Source: Planctomycetota bacterium (GTDB lineage: Bacteria; Planctomycetota; UBA1135; UBA2386). From it: a stretch of 64,000 nucleotides of DNA. The position numbers were made by a program, and so were the translations under genes. The DNA lies in NCBI GenBank assembly GCA_965223545.1, contig OZ245006.1:352001-416000 (forward strand), in the 5' to 3' direction. Below the pieces are notes generated by a model, which did no database searches, had not been told where the DNA came from, and was given only the letters and a program-made list of their open reading frames with translations. Positions 19,786 through 29,914 of the stretch are shown here, piece by piece (positions within the stretch are counted from its first letter, which is position 1; each line of letters opens with the position of its first letter).

Positions 19786-21810
19786 CTACTTCTCTTCCTG
19801 AGCGCGCTTGTACGCCGCGACGATCTCGGCCTGGAGGTTGGACGGCACCTGCTCGAAGTTGGCTGGTGTCATCGTGAACGAGCCCTCGCCGGCGGTGATC
19901 GACCGCAGCTGTGTCGCGTACTCCTGCATCTCCTTGAGCGGGACCTGGGCGCGGATTTCCTGGATCCCGTCGGTCACTTCCATCCCTGCCAGCCGACCGC
20001 GGATGCTCGACAGGTTGCCGGCGACGTCACCGGTGAAGCGCTCGGGCACGTGGATGACCACGTCCATGATCGGCTCCAGCAGGATCGGCTTGGCCTTGGC
20101 GAAGGCGTCGGCAAACCCGCGCTCGCCGGCCAGCTGGAACGAGATCTGGTCGGAGTCGACGTCGTGGAACTTGCCGTCGTAGATCTCGGCACTGACGTCG
20201 ACCACCGGGCAGCCCGCCAATCCGCCCTTGTCCAGGAACTTGCGGATGCCCTTTTCCACTTCCGGGATGAACTGCCGCGGGATCGAGCCGCCGACGATGC
20301 TGTCGATGAACTCGAAGCCGGCGCCTTGCTCGCGCGGCGCGATGCGCATGTAGACCTCGCCGAACTGACCCTTGCCGCCCGACTGCTTCTTGTGGCGGTG
20401 ATGGCCCTCGGCCTTGGCCGTCACGGTCTCGCGGTACGGGATCTTCGGCGTCCGGTGCTCGCTGTTGACGCCGTAGCGGCGGAGCAGACGCGCCAACTGC
20501 AATTCCAAGTGCAAAGGACTCAGCCCGGAGACGATCAGCTCGCCGGTGATCGGGTGCCGTTCGACCCGGAACGTCGGGTCCTCGGCCGACAGCTTCTCCA
20601 GACCTTCGTTGATCTTCTGTTCGTCGCCGCGACTCTTCGGGGTGACCGCGAACGACGACGCCGGCGGCGGATAATCAGGCGTCGGAAACTGGATGGCGTG
20701 GCCATCGGCAGTCACCGTGTCGCCCAGGTCGAGCGTCTCCAGCTTGCCCACCGCGAACAGGTCACCGGCCTGCACCGAGCTGGCCGCGACGAGCTCCGCG
20801 CCCTTCGCCATCAGCACCCCGCCGACCCGGTCGTGCTTCTCGGTGCGGACGTTGAAGAAGCCGTCCTCGGCCTTCATCGAGCCACGCAGGCAGCGCAAGT
20901 AGGAGACGCGCCCGACGTACGGGTCGACCACGACCTTGTACACCTTCGCGGCAAACGGCTGATCGGTCGCCGGCTCGACGAGTTGTTCGAAGCTCTCACT
21001 GCCCGGCGCGCCCGCGTTGCGCGGGCCGAACTGGACCGGCGACGCGAAGTACTCGTTGACGACCTTGCACATCGCCATGAGCCCGTGGTCCTTGTTTGGC
21101 GTCAGCGTGAACATCGGCACCAACTTGCCGAGCGCCACCGCCGTGGTGAAGTGCTCGTGCAGCGCGTCCTCGTCGATGCTCCCGTTCTCCAGGTACGCCT
21201 CGAGCACGTCGTCATCGGCCTCGGCGACCCTCTCCTCCAGGCGCTCGCGGAACTCCGCCGCCCGCGGCCCCTCGTTGGCCAACACGTTGTGCACGGTCTG
21301 CATCGCGGGACCACTGGCGTCGGGATAGCTCACCGGCACGACCACGTCGCCAAACACCTCGGTCAGCGCCTCGAGCGCCTCGTCGAAGTCGGTGTTCTCG
21401 GCATCCATGTGGGTGAGCACGATGGCCCGGCCAACGCCAGCCTTGCCGGCCTCCGCCCAGAGCCGGCGGCCGTGGAACGTCGGCCCCCCCGCCGCGCTGA
21501 CGAACAGCAGCGCGTTCTCCACCACGTTGACCGCCGAGATCACGTCGGCGACGAAATCCGAGTGGCCGGGAGTGTCGATGACGTTGTAGCGGCAACCGTC
21601 GACCTCGAAGCCCAACACGTGCGAGGTCAGCGTCTGCTTGCGCTCCTTCTCCTCGGGCTCGGTGTTGCTGATGCTGCTGCCGTCGGCCGAATCGCCGCGC
21701 CGGTTGGCGGCTCCGCTTTTCAGCGCCAGGGCGTCGACGAGCGCGGTCTTCCCGGTCCCACCGTGGCCGATCAAAACGAGGTTGCGAACGTCTTGCGCGG
21801 CATGTGCCAT
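19786..21810 (-). CDS. Elongation factor G-like paralog (divergent G motifs)
   Basis: GHGGTGKT, DTPGH, HKKQSGGKGQFG, VDSDQISF, LLEPIM; full EF-G length; not in an rpsL-rpsG-tuf operon. Start MAHAAQ at 21810. Confidence 0.9.
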   Translation of the reverse strand: MAHAAQDVRNLVLIGHGGTGKTALVDALALKSGAANRRGDSADGSSISNTEPEEKERKQTLTSHVLGFEVDGCRYNVIDTPGHSDFVADVISAVNVVENALLFVSAAGGPTFHGRRLWAEAGKAGVGRAIVLTHMDAENTDFDEALEALTEVFGDVVVPVSYPDASGPAMQTVHNVLANEGPRAAEFRERLEERVAEADDDVLEAYLENGSIDEDALHEHFTTAVALGKLVPMFTLTPNKDHGLMAMCKVVNEYFASPVQFGPRNAGAPGSESFEQLVEPATDQPFAAKVYKVVVDPYVGRVSYLRCLRGSMKAEDGFFNVRTEKHDRVGGVLMAKGAELVAASSVQAGDLFAVGKLETLDLGDTVTADGHAIQFPTPDYPPPASSFAVTPKSRGDEQKINEGLEKLSAEDPTFRVERHPITGELIVSGLSPLHLELQLARLLRRYGVNSEHRTPKIPYRETVTAKAEGHHRHKKQSGGKGQFGEVYMRIAPREQGAGFEFIDSIVGGSIPRQFIPEVEKGIRKFLDKGGLAGCPVVDVSAEIYDGKFHDVDSDQISFQLAGERGFADAFAKAKPILLEPIMDVVIHVPERFTGDVAGNLSSIRGRLAGMEVTDGIQEIRAQVPLKEMQEYATQLRSITAGEGSFTMTPANFEQVPSNLQAEIVAAYKRAQEEK

Positions 21811-21994
21811 CTGCTGCTCCGTACTACAATTGGACCAAAGGGCCGGTGAGCCGGGCGGACGGCCCACGGCTCCACCCGCGTCGCGACGCCGGGCAGAGGC
21901 GGCGGACTATAGGCGCCATGGGCGTGAGAATCCCACCTCACGCCACGAGTTTGGGCCGGCCCGCGGCCGGCCCTTTCTGCGGCTCGAGCGCGGC

Positions 21995-22663
21995 CTACAG
22001 CGGATCGCCGACGACGATCTCGACGCGCCGGTTGCGGGCCTTCGCCTGCTCACCGCCGCCGCCGTCGACCGGATCGTTGGGGCCAAAACCCACGATCACG
22101 ACCTGGGAGGGGTCGATGCCCCCGACCCGCACCAGGTGGTCGGCGACCGCGTCGGCGCGCTCGGCCGACAAGTGGCGGTTGGTGCGGAAGGAGGACTTGC
22201 GGATCGGATCGGTATCGGTGTGGCCCTCGACGTAGATGCGGCGTTCGGGGAAGCGGCGCCGCAAGACATCGGCGACCCGCCGCAGCACGCCGTCAGCGGT
22301 CGATTTCAGGTCCGAGCTGCCGGACGCGAACGTCACGGTGTTCTCGATACCGATCGAGACCCGGCCACGGCTGTAGCGCACGTCGAGATCGGCCAGCTCG
22401 CTGCGCAGCCCACCGAGATCGTCGACCTCCTGCGCCGGCTCGGGTGTGGTGTTGAGCTGGTTGCGCAGCGAGTCCACCTCACCGCGCGCCAGCCGCTCCC
22501 GGCGCGCGAGATCCGCGTTGGCAGCCCGCTGCTCGGCGAGATCCTCGGTCAGCTCGCGGATCGTGGTGTCACGATCGCGCAGCAAGTCTTGGTATTTGGC
22601 AGTGCAGCTGCCGAGCGTAGCGCTCGCGACAGCCATCAGAATCAGCATGGGGATGCGTCTCAT
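21995..22663 (-). CDS. OmpA/MotB-family peptidoglycan-binding lipoprotein with coiled coil
   Basis: Lipobox LGS-C; VEGHTD, NRHLSAERADAV, NRRVEI. Confidence 0.9.
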   Translation of the reverse strand: MRRIPMLILMAVASATLGSCTAKYQDLLRDRDTTIRELTEDLAEQRAANADLARRERLARGEVDSLRNQLNTTPEPAQEVDDLGGLRSELADLDVRYSRGRVSIGIENTVTFASGSSDLKSTADGVLRRVADVLRRRFPERRIYVEGHTDTDPIRKSSFRTNRHLSAERADAVADHLVRVGGIDPSQVVIVGFGPNDPVDGGGGEQAKARNRRVEIVVGDPL

Positions 22664-22705
22664 CGAAGGAGTTCCTCCAGTTGAGGGAGCACGGTCAATC
22701 GAGGG

Positions 22706-23665
22706 TCAGGACGCGCGTCCACGGCGCACGAGAACGAACAAGGAGACCAGGCACAGGACCGCGGTGATCGCCGCGACCCAAGCCGCGCTCGGGCCGCTGC
22801 GCTGCCAGTCTTGCAGACCGCGCAGCATGCGGTCGAGCACGTCCCCCGCCAACAGCGTGGTCAACGCACCAGCCGCGAGGAACGGTCCGAAGAAGATGTA
22901 GGCGTCGCCGGTCAGGCGACGGTGCACGACGCCGACCACGGCGCCGTAGACACTTCCCAGGAAGAAGGTGGTCACCACGCCTTCCCAGCCGAGAAAGGCG
23001 CCGATCCCGGCCATCAGCTTGACGTCGCCGTAGCCCATGGCCTCGCGGCGAAACAGCGCCCGCGCACCCCGGCGCACGGCGTCGGTCAGGCCGTAGCCCA
23101 CGGCGGCGCCGGCGGCCGCAAACAGCAGCTCGCGCACCGCGGGCGACACTCCCAAGAGCGAGATCGCGCCCGGAAAGCCCGGCACCAACAGCGCCCCCAC
23201 CAGACCGACGACCACCGTGGTCTTGGTCAGCGCGTCCGGCAGGATGCGATGGTCGATGTCGATGAACGTGTTGGCGATGAGGGTCGCGACGAAGAAGGCG
23301 TAGAGCAAAAACGCCGCCACAGCCGCGCCATCCACGCGACCGTCGACGACCAGCGGGCCGCCCGGCGCGAGCCAGCAGAGCGCGGCAAAAAGCACCGCCG
23401 TCAGCAGCTCCACCGCGGGGTAGCGCGCGCTGATCCGCGCCCCGCAGCAGCGCGCGCGGCCGCGCAGCAGGAGCCAACCGACGATCGGCAGATTGTCGTA
23501 CCAGGCGATCGGTGCGCCGCACGCGGGGTTGGCGCAGCGCGAGCGCGCCCCACCCGAGAAGAACGTGCCGTTGGGCAGCCTGTAGATGACGACGTTGAGA
23601 AACGAGCCGACGACCGCGCCAAGCAGCGCTCCCGCTGCCAGCAACCAACCGTCCAGGCCCACCAT
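22706..23665 (-). CDS. pilD: Prepilin peptidase
   Basis: GSFLNVVIYRLP, SRC..C, WYDNLP, YPAVE, IDIDHRILP, MGYGDVKL, FGPFL. Confidence 0.95.
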   Translation of the reverse strand: MVGLDGWLLAAGALLGAVVGSFLNVVIYRLPNGTFFSGGARSRCANPACGAPIAWYDNLPIVGWLLLRGRARCCGARISARYPAVELLTAVLFAALCWLAPGGPLVVDGRVDGAAVAAFLLYAFFVATLIANTFIDIDHRILPDALTKTTVVVGLVGALLVPGFPGAISLLGVSPAVRELLFAAAGAAVGYGLTDAVRRGARALFRREAMGYGDVKLMAGIGAFLGWEGVVTTFFLGSVYGAVVGVVHRRLTGDAYIFFGPFLAAGALTTLLAGDVLDRMLRGLQDWQRSGPSAAWVAAITAVLCLVSLFVLVRRGRAS

Positions 23666-23829
23666 CTACCGCCATGCCTCCACGTCACTCGAGCGGTTGG
23701 AAGGACGTCCCGGCGCTGACCCGCCGGAGGAACGACCGCTCGATCACAACACCGAGAGCCTAGCCAACCGGCATGCCAAGGTCCATTGTCCGCCGGAACT
23801 CATGGCCGCGAGGGGGCCGCTTCGTTGGG

Positions 23830-25761
23830 TCAGTAGAGCGTGACCGAGCGGAGGGTCGGGAGCGGCGCACCCGGGTGCACGTCGGCGGTGAGGAAGAACC
23901 TGACGAAGCCGCCGGATGGCACCTCGACCGCAGCCGACAGGGGCAAGCCGAGCGGCGGCGACAGCTGCCCCTCGGCATCGGCGGGACGCCCCGGGGCCGT
24001 GGCGTCCGGGGCGGCGAACTGGAGGGAGACGCGCACGCCGGGGTCGCCGGCCGCCACCACCTCGCGGACCCGCGTCGCGCCGCGGGGCAGGGGAATCCAG
24101 CTGGTCACCGCCGCCGCTCTGACTGCACCGGGGCCGCCCCAAGCGCCGAGCATCGGGGCCAGCCGCACCCAGAGCACCGACTGCTGCGAGCTGCCGGCCA
24201 CCGCCCCGCGATCGTCGGTGGCCAGCACCGTCCGCGGCGGCACCGTTCCGACCAGGCCGATGCCACCGCCGGCGATCAGCAGCAGCCGCGATCCCGCCTC
24301 GCCATCCACCGCATCGCCGTCTCGGATTGCGCCGGCGACCAGGATGTCCCCGCCGGCCACGACCACCGCTCCGCATTCCTCGATCAGCCGCGCGGCAGCG
24401 ACCTCCATGCCCTGGGTCGGCCAGGTGCCGCTCGGCGCGCCCTCGACGATGAGAACCCCCTCGATGTGCACCGAGCCGCGCACCCGGATGCGGGGCGGAC
24501 GATCCCCGCGCGCCCGCAACCGCACCGTCACCCCCTTGGGAATGACCACGCCGGCGAAGTCGAACCAGTCGCCATCGGCGCGCACGCGCACTCCGTCGCC
24601 GCGGTCGAACGGTTGCCCGATCACGAGGTCGGTCGAGGCACTGGGTGCGAATACCCCGAGTCCGCCACCGCCCGCCAACGTCCGCACTCGGGGCACCGCG
24701 GCTCCCGCGCGCGCCTCGAAGCCGAGCGCAGCCGGGTCGGTCGGGGCCAGGCCGAGACTGCCGTTGAACGACTCGACCAGCAGCGGGACGCGCGCCCCCG
24801 CGAACACCTCGACCAACAGCTTGAGGCCGAGGAGCTCCATCCGTTCGACACCCCCGGCCCCCCGGGTGACCACCTGGTGCGGCGGTTGTCCGGCGGGATC
24901 GCGAACGCACACCGCCTCGTCCGCCACCAGCTCGAGGCCGCAGTACCCCGGGCCAGCGACCGGCGGACTGTCGAACTCGAGCTCCACGACCCACGGCGCC
25001 TGGCCGTAGGGAGCGTCTACCTGCCGCAACCGGGTCTCGCGCGGTTGGAGTGGCGCCTGCACCGCGCCGTTGTCGCCGACCCGGTAGAGTCGGAACGCGG
25101 CCGGCGTGATCGTCGTCGGCAGCGGCGCCTCGTGAAACATCAGCCGGAGGACCCGGCTGTCGGCGGCCATCGCCAGCGAATCGCCGTCCAGCGCGAAGCC
25201 GTACGGGCTGGTCGCGGCCTTGAGCAACGGCGCCGGCTTGGCGTCGACACCGACCGCGCGGAAGCGGCGCGTGAAGCCCTCGTCGAGCACGCGCCCGGCG
25301 CGCGAGCGCACCGCATTGGCGATCGGAAAGCCCCGCACTTCGAGCCGGTATTCCTCGCCGGGCCGAAAGCTGCCGTCGTCGAGCGCGGGAGTCACCGGCG
25401 CACGGGGCACGAACGTCACCGCGTGCGACGAAACCCGCAGCTTGCCCTCGACGCGCTGGCCGAACGCGTCCAGCACGCGCACGGTGTCCGGCGTCACCGA
25501 GATCCGCTCCACCGGATCGTTGAAGCGGACCTCGATCTCCTGATTGAGATAGATCGCCGCGGCGCCGCCGGCCTCTGATTGCGGGAACACGTGGACCGCG
25601 ACGAACGGCCTCACCCGCCGGTCATCGGGTCGGTCGCAGGCGCCGAGCGCCAAGAGGGCGAGGGCGAGGGCGAGCCCACCCGCGACCACCACCGTCCCGC
25701 CGGCGCGGCGGCGGCGTTGCGATGGCTGCGGGGTCGCCTCGAAAACCATTTGGGGAATCAT
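23830..25761 (-). CDS. Lipoprotein, short member of family A (Ig-like), 643 aa
   Basis: Lipobox LGA-C; YLNQEIEVRF, GSFRPGEEY, ESF, FDFAGVVIPKGV. Most Gly runs are absent. Ends PLPTLRSVTLY. Confidence 0.75.
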   Translation of the reverse strand: MIPQMVFEATPQPSQRRRRAGGTVVVAGGLALALALLALGACDRPDDRRVRPFVAVHVFPQSEAGGAAAIYLNQEIEVRFNDPVERISVTPDTVRVLDAFGQRVEGKLRVSSHAVTFVPRAPVTPALDDGSFRPGEEYRLEVRGFPIANAVRSRAGRVLDEGFTRRFRAVGVDAKPAPLLKAATSPYGFALDGDSLAMAADSRVLRLMFHEAPLPTTITPAAFRLYRVGDNGAVQAPLQPRETRLRQVDAPYGQAPWVVELEFDSPPVAGPGYCGLELVADEAVCVRDPAGQPPHQVVTRGAGGVERMELLGLKLLVEVFAGARVPLLVESFNGSLGLAPTDPAALGFEARAGAAVPRVRTLAGGGGLGVFAPSASTDLVIGQPFDRGDGVRVRADGDWFDFAGVVIPKGVTVRLRARGDRPPRIRVRGSVHIEGVLIVEGAPSGTWPTQGMEVAAARLIEECGAVVVAGGDILVAGAIRDGDAVDGEAGSRLLLIAGGGIGLVGTVPPRTVLATDDRGAVAGSSQQSVLWVRLAPMLGAWGGPGAVRAAAVTSWIPLPRGATRVREVVAAGDPGVRVSLQFAAPDATAPGRPADAEGQLSPPLGLPLSAAVEVPSGGFVRFFLTADVHPGAPLPTLRSVTLY

Positions 25762-25826
25762 CGACGAATCGGCGTCTGGACTCCTCGGTGTGGCCGGGAA
25801 ATCGCGATTCGCCCTGATTAACCGAA

Positions 25827-25860
25827 CGCGGCCCGGATCGCCAGATGGCGCCGGGCCGCG
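25827..25860. terminator. Intergenic GC-rich hairpin (terminator or mRNA stabiliser)
   Basis: CGCGGCCCGG...CCGGGCCGCG 10-bp stem with an inner CGCCA/TGGCG pair. Confidence 0.4.
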
Positions 25861-25896
25861 GCCGGTGGGCAGATCGCCCGGATCAGGCGCCTCGGC

Positions 25897-28800
25897 TCAG
25901 AGGCCCTCGTAGCGGAACACGACCGCCAGGCTGCGCAGCGACGGCGACACCGCCGGCGCACTGACGATGTTGTTCTCGAACACGATCCGCATGTTCGCGT
26001 AGCGCGGCAGCAAACCGGCGGGATCGCGCACTCGATCGAGGCCCTCTTCGGTCACGTAGGGCGTCAGGCCCGACGCGCGCACGCGCGGGTTCGTCGCGGT
26101 CTCCTGGCTGAAGCTCGGGTCCCAGTTCGGCGTCGCGTAGCGGTACGCCTCACAGGCGTAGTTCGGGTTCAGCAAGTTGCCGAACGTCCCCAACGGGCTG
26201 GTCGTGGTCGGGATCGCTGCCGGGTCGTTCGGATCGTAGAACACATCCGCCCGATCGAAGTCGTCCACGAAGCGGAACTCGATCCGCACCGAGGTGCCGG
26301 CCGGCTGCTGCGCATCCGGCGGATCCTGCACGGTGATCAGATCGCGCACCCCGTTGGCCAGCGGAACCAAGTTGGGGAAGCCCTCTTGGCTGGTGCTGCC
26401 CGACCAGGGCGCGATCTGGTACGCGTTCGGCCGCAAGGTGTCGAAGAACCCGTACGTCACGCTGGACACCCGCCGCACGAAGTCGGCCTGCGCCCAGTGC
26501 AAGTGGTCGTCGCCGAACGGCGCGCGGCGCACACCCTTGACCGGATCGCCGATGCCCGGGTTGAAGATGAAGCCGCCCGTCGCGCGGAACTCGTTGGCCG
26601 GATCGACGAAGATCTCGTTGTCGAGGATGTCGATGCCGCCGCTCGAGTGGACGCGGAACGCCGGCCACAACACGCCGTTGCAGCCGGGCACGCCACCACT
26701 GGCGTTCAGGTTGTAGAAGCCACCGGGTCCGCCGGGGAACGGCGCCCAGCATGGGCCGACCATGGCGATGTGCTGGCTGTTGGCGCCGCTGGCCAGGCCG
26801 TTGACCGGGCTGTCGGGGAAGGTCATGAACTCGACCAACAGCGGCATCGCGATCGGATCGTGGTCGCGCCGGCGATGGCCGAGGAAGTCACCCGCATCCA
26901 CATCCCAGGTGGTGCCGGTGAAGCCGGCCGGAATGCCGGGCCCCGCCGGGTTGGCCGGGTCCTGTGGGAACTCGAACGCCCACGGCGAAGAGATGTGCGC
27001 AGTGCGATCTCGGGACGGGAACACACCGTCGGGCAGCTTGGCGCCCGACAGCCCGATCGCGGAGTCGTTGGCCATGTCCCACGACACCAGCCGCGAATCG
27101 CGCCACGTGTAGGTGGTCTCGAACGTCGGGTACGGCGTGAACAGCGTGCCGGTGCTGGCCGACCGGAACGAGTCGTTGGGACTGAGCTGGTAGACCTTGT
27201 CCACCACCACGTCGACGCGTTGCGTGCCCTCGAGGTAGTTCGACTCGAACACGTCGGTCAAACCGCTGAACGCCGACGCGCAGTCGAAGTCGCAGGTCGC
27301 CGCCGCCGCCCCCTGCACGAACACCAGGTTGTACAGCAGGTCCGGCCGCCAATCGGCGTGGGCCAGCGACATCGTCATCCGATCGAACGTGTCGAAATCG
27401 ACCTGGTCGCCATTCCACGGCGCCCAGTGCAGCTGCTCGACGTCGATCATCATGCTCGACGGGTCGGTGTAGGAGAGCGAGAAGTCGTCCTCCCGATAGG
27501 TCATCTGCAGCCGCGACCCGCGCGGGTTGAGCGGCTCCAACACACCACCGAACACCACCGGCGTGCCAACGACGAAGGGCGCCGGCGGCTGGAAGATGGT
27601 CACCACGTGCGTCGGGCACTGGTACAGCTGGCCCGGAGGCCAGATGGTGGGGTCCGGCGGCGTGGTCGTCGGCACCGGCTGGGCTTGAGGATCCCAGCAG
27701 GAGCCCTGGTTGAAGCGCTGGATGCCGGCCAGGTTCGCCGCGTCGGCGGTTTGCTGGAACCGGCTGGTCTCGGCGCCGCTCAACCGGCCATCGATCAGCT
27801 GGAACTGACCGAAGAAGTCGACCGAGCCCGGCACCGTGCCGTCCTCGTCCGCGCTCTCGAAGCGGAACACGCGCCCGCCCACCAAGTTCTCCTCCGCGGC
27901 AGCGTCGATCGCCACCGACACGGACAGCGAAGTCGCCGGGTTCAGGAGATTGCGGTCGAACAGGTCGACGACGTTGCCCGACAGGTCCGCCGGCGCCGGA
28001 ATCTCGCTGTCCGGATCGACGATCAGGTGCAGCCAATAGATCTCGGGCACCCCCGCCTCGTGGAAGAACCCCAGTGGCGGCACCAGCTGCAACAACGTCG
28101 CGTTGCGCTCGGCATCGACCAGCCGTGCGGGCTGGACCGACAGCCCAGCGACCTTCGGGTCGCTGAGCAGGCCGACGATGTCCGGCGACTCGAGCGGACT
28201 GACCGAGTTGTCGGTCAGCAGGAAGTTGTCGTAGCGATCGATGGTCTCGAGATCCATCGGCTCGGTGAACCGCAGCGACACCGTGGCGAACGGGTCGGGT
28301 GCGCCACTGGTCGAGCCGGACTCGACCACCACGAACTGGTCGAGGCGGTCGGCGTCCCGGACCAAGCCCGCGCCGAAGCTCGCCACGTACGGCACGTTGT
28401 GGTAGTAGCTGACGTTGACCGTGCAATCCCGCCCCGCGCCGGCTGCGGACTCGAAGGAGACGCGGTTGCCCTGCGAATCGACGGCGCTCAGCTGCGTCAC
28501 GCGCAAGCGGACCACGGGGTTGCTGCCATTGTCGGAGCCCGAGGCGTTCATGCCGAGCACCGGCATGTTGGGATCACCGACGACGCTGCCGACGTCGAGA
28601 TTCTGCACCACCTCGGCCCGGATCCGCACGGTCTCACCCGTGATCGGACTGACCACGTCCTGCAAGACGACGTCACCCGACCGCAGCGGCACTTCCGTCG
28701 GGACCTGCGCCGGCCCACCGGGCAGCCCACTGGAGGGCAACAAACCACCGTCGACGAACGGAATCCGAGCGCGGATCGCGACGTTCGCACCGCGCTTCTC

Positions 28801-29823
28801 GATCGTCAGCACGCGCTCCGCGGTGTCGACCGCGACGATGCCCATGCCGAACGAGCCCATCACCATCGGCGGATCGACGTCGCGCAGCGCGCCGACCAAA
28901 CCGTCGTCCGGGTTGCCGGAACGGAAATCGCGAATCACGGCCGGCCGACCGGCGCTGCCGATGGCGTTGAGGGCGGTGACCGAATCAGGCTCGACTTCGA
29001 GCAGCGAGGACACCGCTCCGCCCGACGGAATCGCGACGCGGATGTTCGCGGTCTCGTTGTCCAAGCTGGTCGGCAAGCCGGTGCTGGTCAGGCCGCCACC
29101 GGCCTCGGCGCCGATCAAGGTCGTGTCGATCACCAAGGACGACCCCTGCGGCAGGAAGCGCACCTGGACCGGCCGGAACGCCTGGCTCGCGCCGACCACG
29201 GCGGGATCACCGGTGAACTCCAGGACTTGCACCGCACCGGGGTTGGCGGCGAAGAACTGCTGGGAGAGACCGAGATTGCGGTCGAAGGTCAGCTTGAGAG
29301 CGGCATTGCGCGGCACCACCGGAATCGGCCGCACCACGGTGTTCTGACCACGGAACGAACCCGGCACGGTCACCAGACCGGTCTGCGCGGTGTTCAGGGC
29401 GGCGGTGAACCGCGCCCCCTCGTCCTCATCGCGGTCGTCCCACAGGATCAACAGCTCGTCGTGGCCCACCGCCACGTCGAACGGAAGAAAGCGATAGTTG
29501 GCGCCGGTGTTCTCCGCCCCGGTGGCATCGAACAGATCCTCGGACTGGATGTCCGGTCCGACCATCACGTCACGGCGGATCAACGCGGGCTCCCGGTTCA
29601 GCGTGTCCCGCCGTTCCGGGTTGGTCCGGTCGATCCGGCGGAAGGCGTAGATGTCGACCAAACGGCCGTACTCGAGGCCGATCAGTGACGCCTTGCCACC
29701 CGTTTGCGTCGGCGGCACGGCCCCGCCGGAGGAGCTCCCATCACACCCGCCGAGCACGCCGGCCCCCAGTAGAGCCAGGGCCGCGGACCAGGCGCTCGTC
29801 TTCTGTTCAACCGCTCTCTTCAT
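25897..29823 (-). CDS. Very large lipoprotein, family B, 1308 aa
   Basis: Lipobox LGG-C; full-length collinear motifs with 33468-37430. Confidence 0.8.
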   Translation of the reverse strand: MKRAVEQKTSAWSAALALLGAGVLGGCDGSSSGGAVPPTQTGGKASLIGLEYGRLVDIYAFRRIDRTNPERRDTLNREPALIRRDVMVGPDIQSEDLFDATGAENTGANYRFLPFDVAVGHDELLILWDDRDEDEGARFTAALNTAQTGLVTVPGSFRGQNTVVRPIPVVPRNAALKLTFDRNLGLSQQFFAANPGAVQVLEFTGDPAVVGASQAFRPVQVRFLPQGSSLVIDTTLIGAEAGGGLTSTGLPTSLDNETANIRVAIPSGGAVSSLLEVEPDSVTALNAIGSAGRPAVIRDFRSGNPDDGLVGALRDVDPPMVMGSFGMGIVAVDTAERVLTIEKRGANVAIRARIPFVDGGLLPSSGLPGGPAQVPTEVPLRSGDVVLQDVVSPITGETVRIRAEVVQNLDVGSVVGDPNMPVLGMNASGSDNGSNPVVRLRVTQLSAVDSQGNRVSFESAAGAGRDCTVNVSYYHNVPYVASFGAGLVRDADRLDQFVVVESGSTSGAPDPFATVSLRFTEPMDLETIDRYDNFLLTDNSVSPLESPDIVGLLSDPKVAGLSVQPARLVDAERNATLLQLVPPLGFFHEAGVPEIYWLHLIVDPDSEIPAPADLSGNVVDLFDRNLLNPATSLSVSVAIDAAAEENLVGGRVFRFESADEDGTVPGSVDFFGQFQLIDGRLSGAETSRFQQTADAANLAGIQRFNQGSCWDPQAQPVPTTTPPDPTIWPPGQLYQCPTHVVTIFQPPAPFVVGTPVVFGGVLEPLNPRGSRLQMTYREDDFSLSYTDPSSMMIDVEQLHWAPWNGDQVDFDTFDRMTMSLAHADWRPDLLYNLVFVQGAAAATCDFDCASAFSGLTDVFESNYLEGTQRVDVVVDKVYQLSPNDSFRSASTGTLFTPYPTFETTYTWRDSRLVSWDMANDSAIGLSGAKLPDGVFPSRDRTAHISSPWAFEFPQDPANPAGPGIPAGFTGTTWDVDAGDFLGHRRRDHDPIAMPLLVEFMTFPDSPVNGLASGANSQHIAMVGPCWAPFPGGPGGFYNLNASGGVPGCNGVLWPAFRVHSSGGIDILDNEIFVDPANEFRATGGFIFNPGIGDPVKGVRRAPFGDDHLHWAQADFVRRVSSVTYGFFDTLRPNAYQIAPWSGSTSQEGFPNLVPLANGVRDLITVQDPPDAQQPAGTSVRIEFRFVDDFDRADVFYDPNDPAAIPTTTSPLGTFGNLLNPNYACEAYRYATPNWDPSFSQETATNPRVRASGLTPYVTEEGLDRVRDPAGLLPRYANMRIVFENNIVSAPAVSPSLRSLAVVFRYEGL

Positions 29824-29914
29824 GACTGTTTACTCGCTGCGAATCGCGGGGCTTGCTTCTCCGGACCTTGTTCGAACGGTGCACCGCCAAGAGCGGCACA
29901 CCTCTTGTCTCCGC

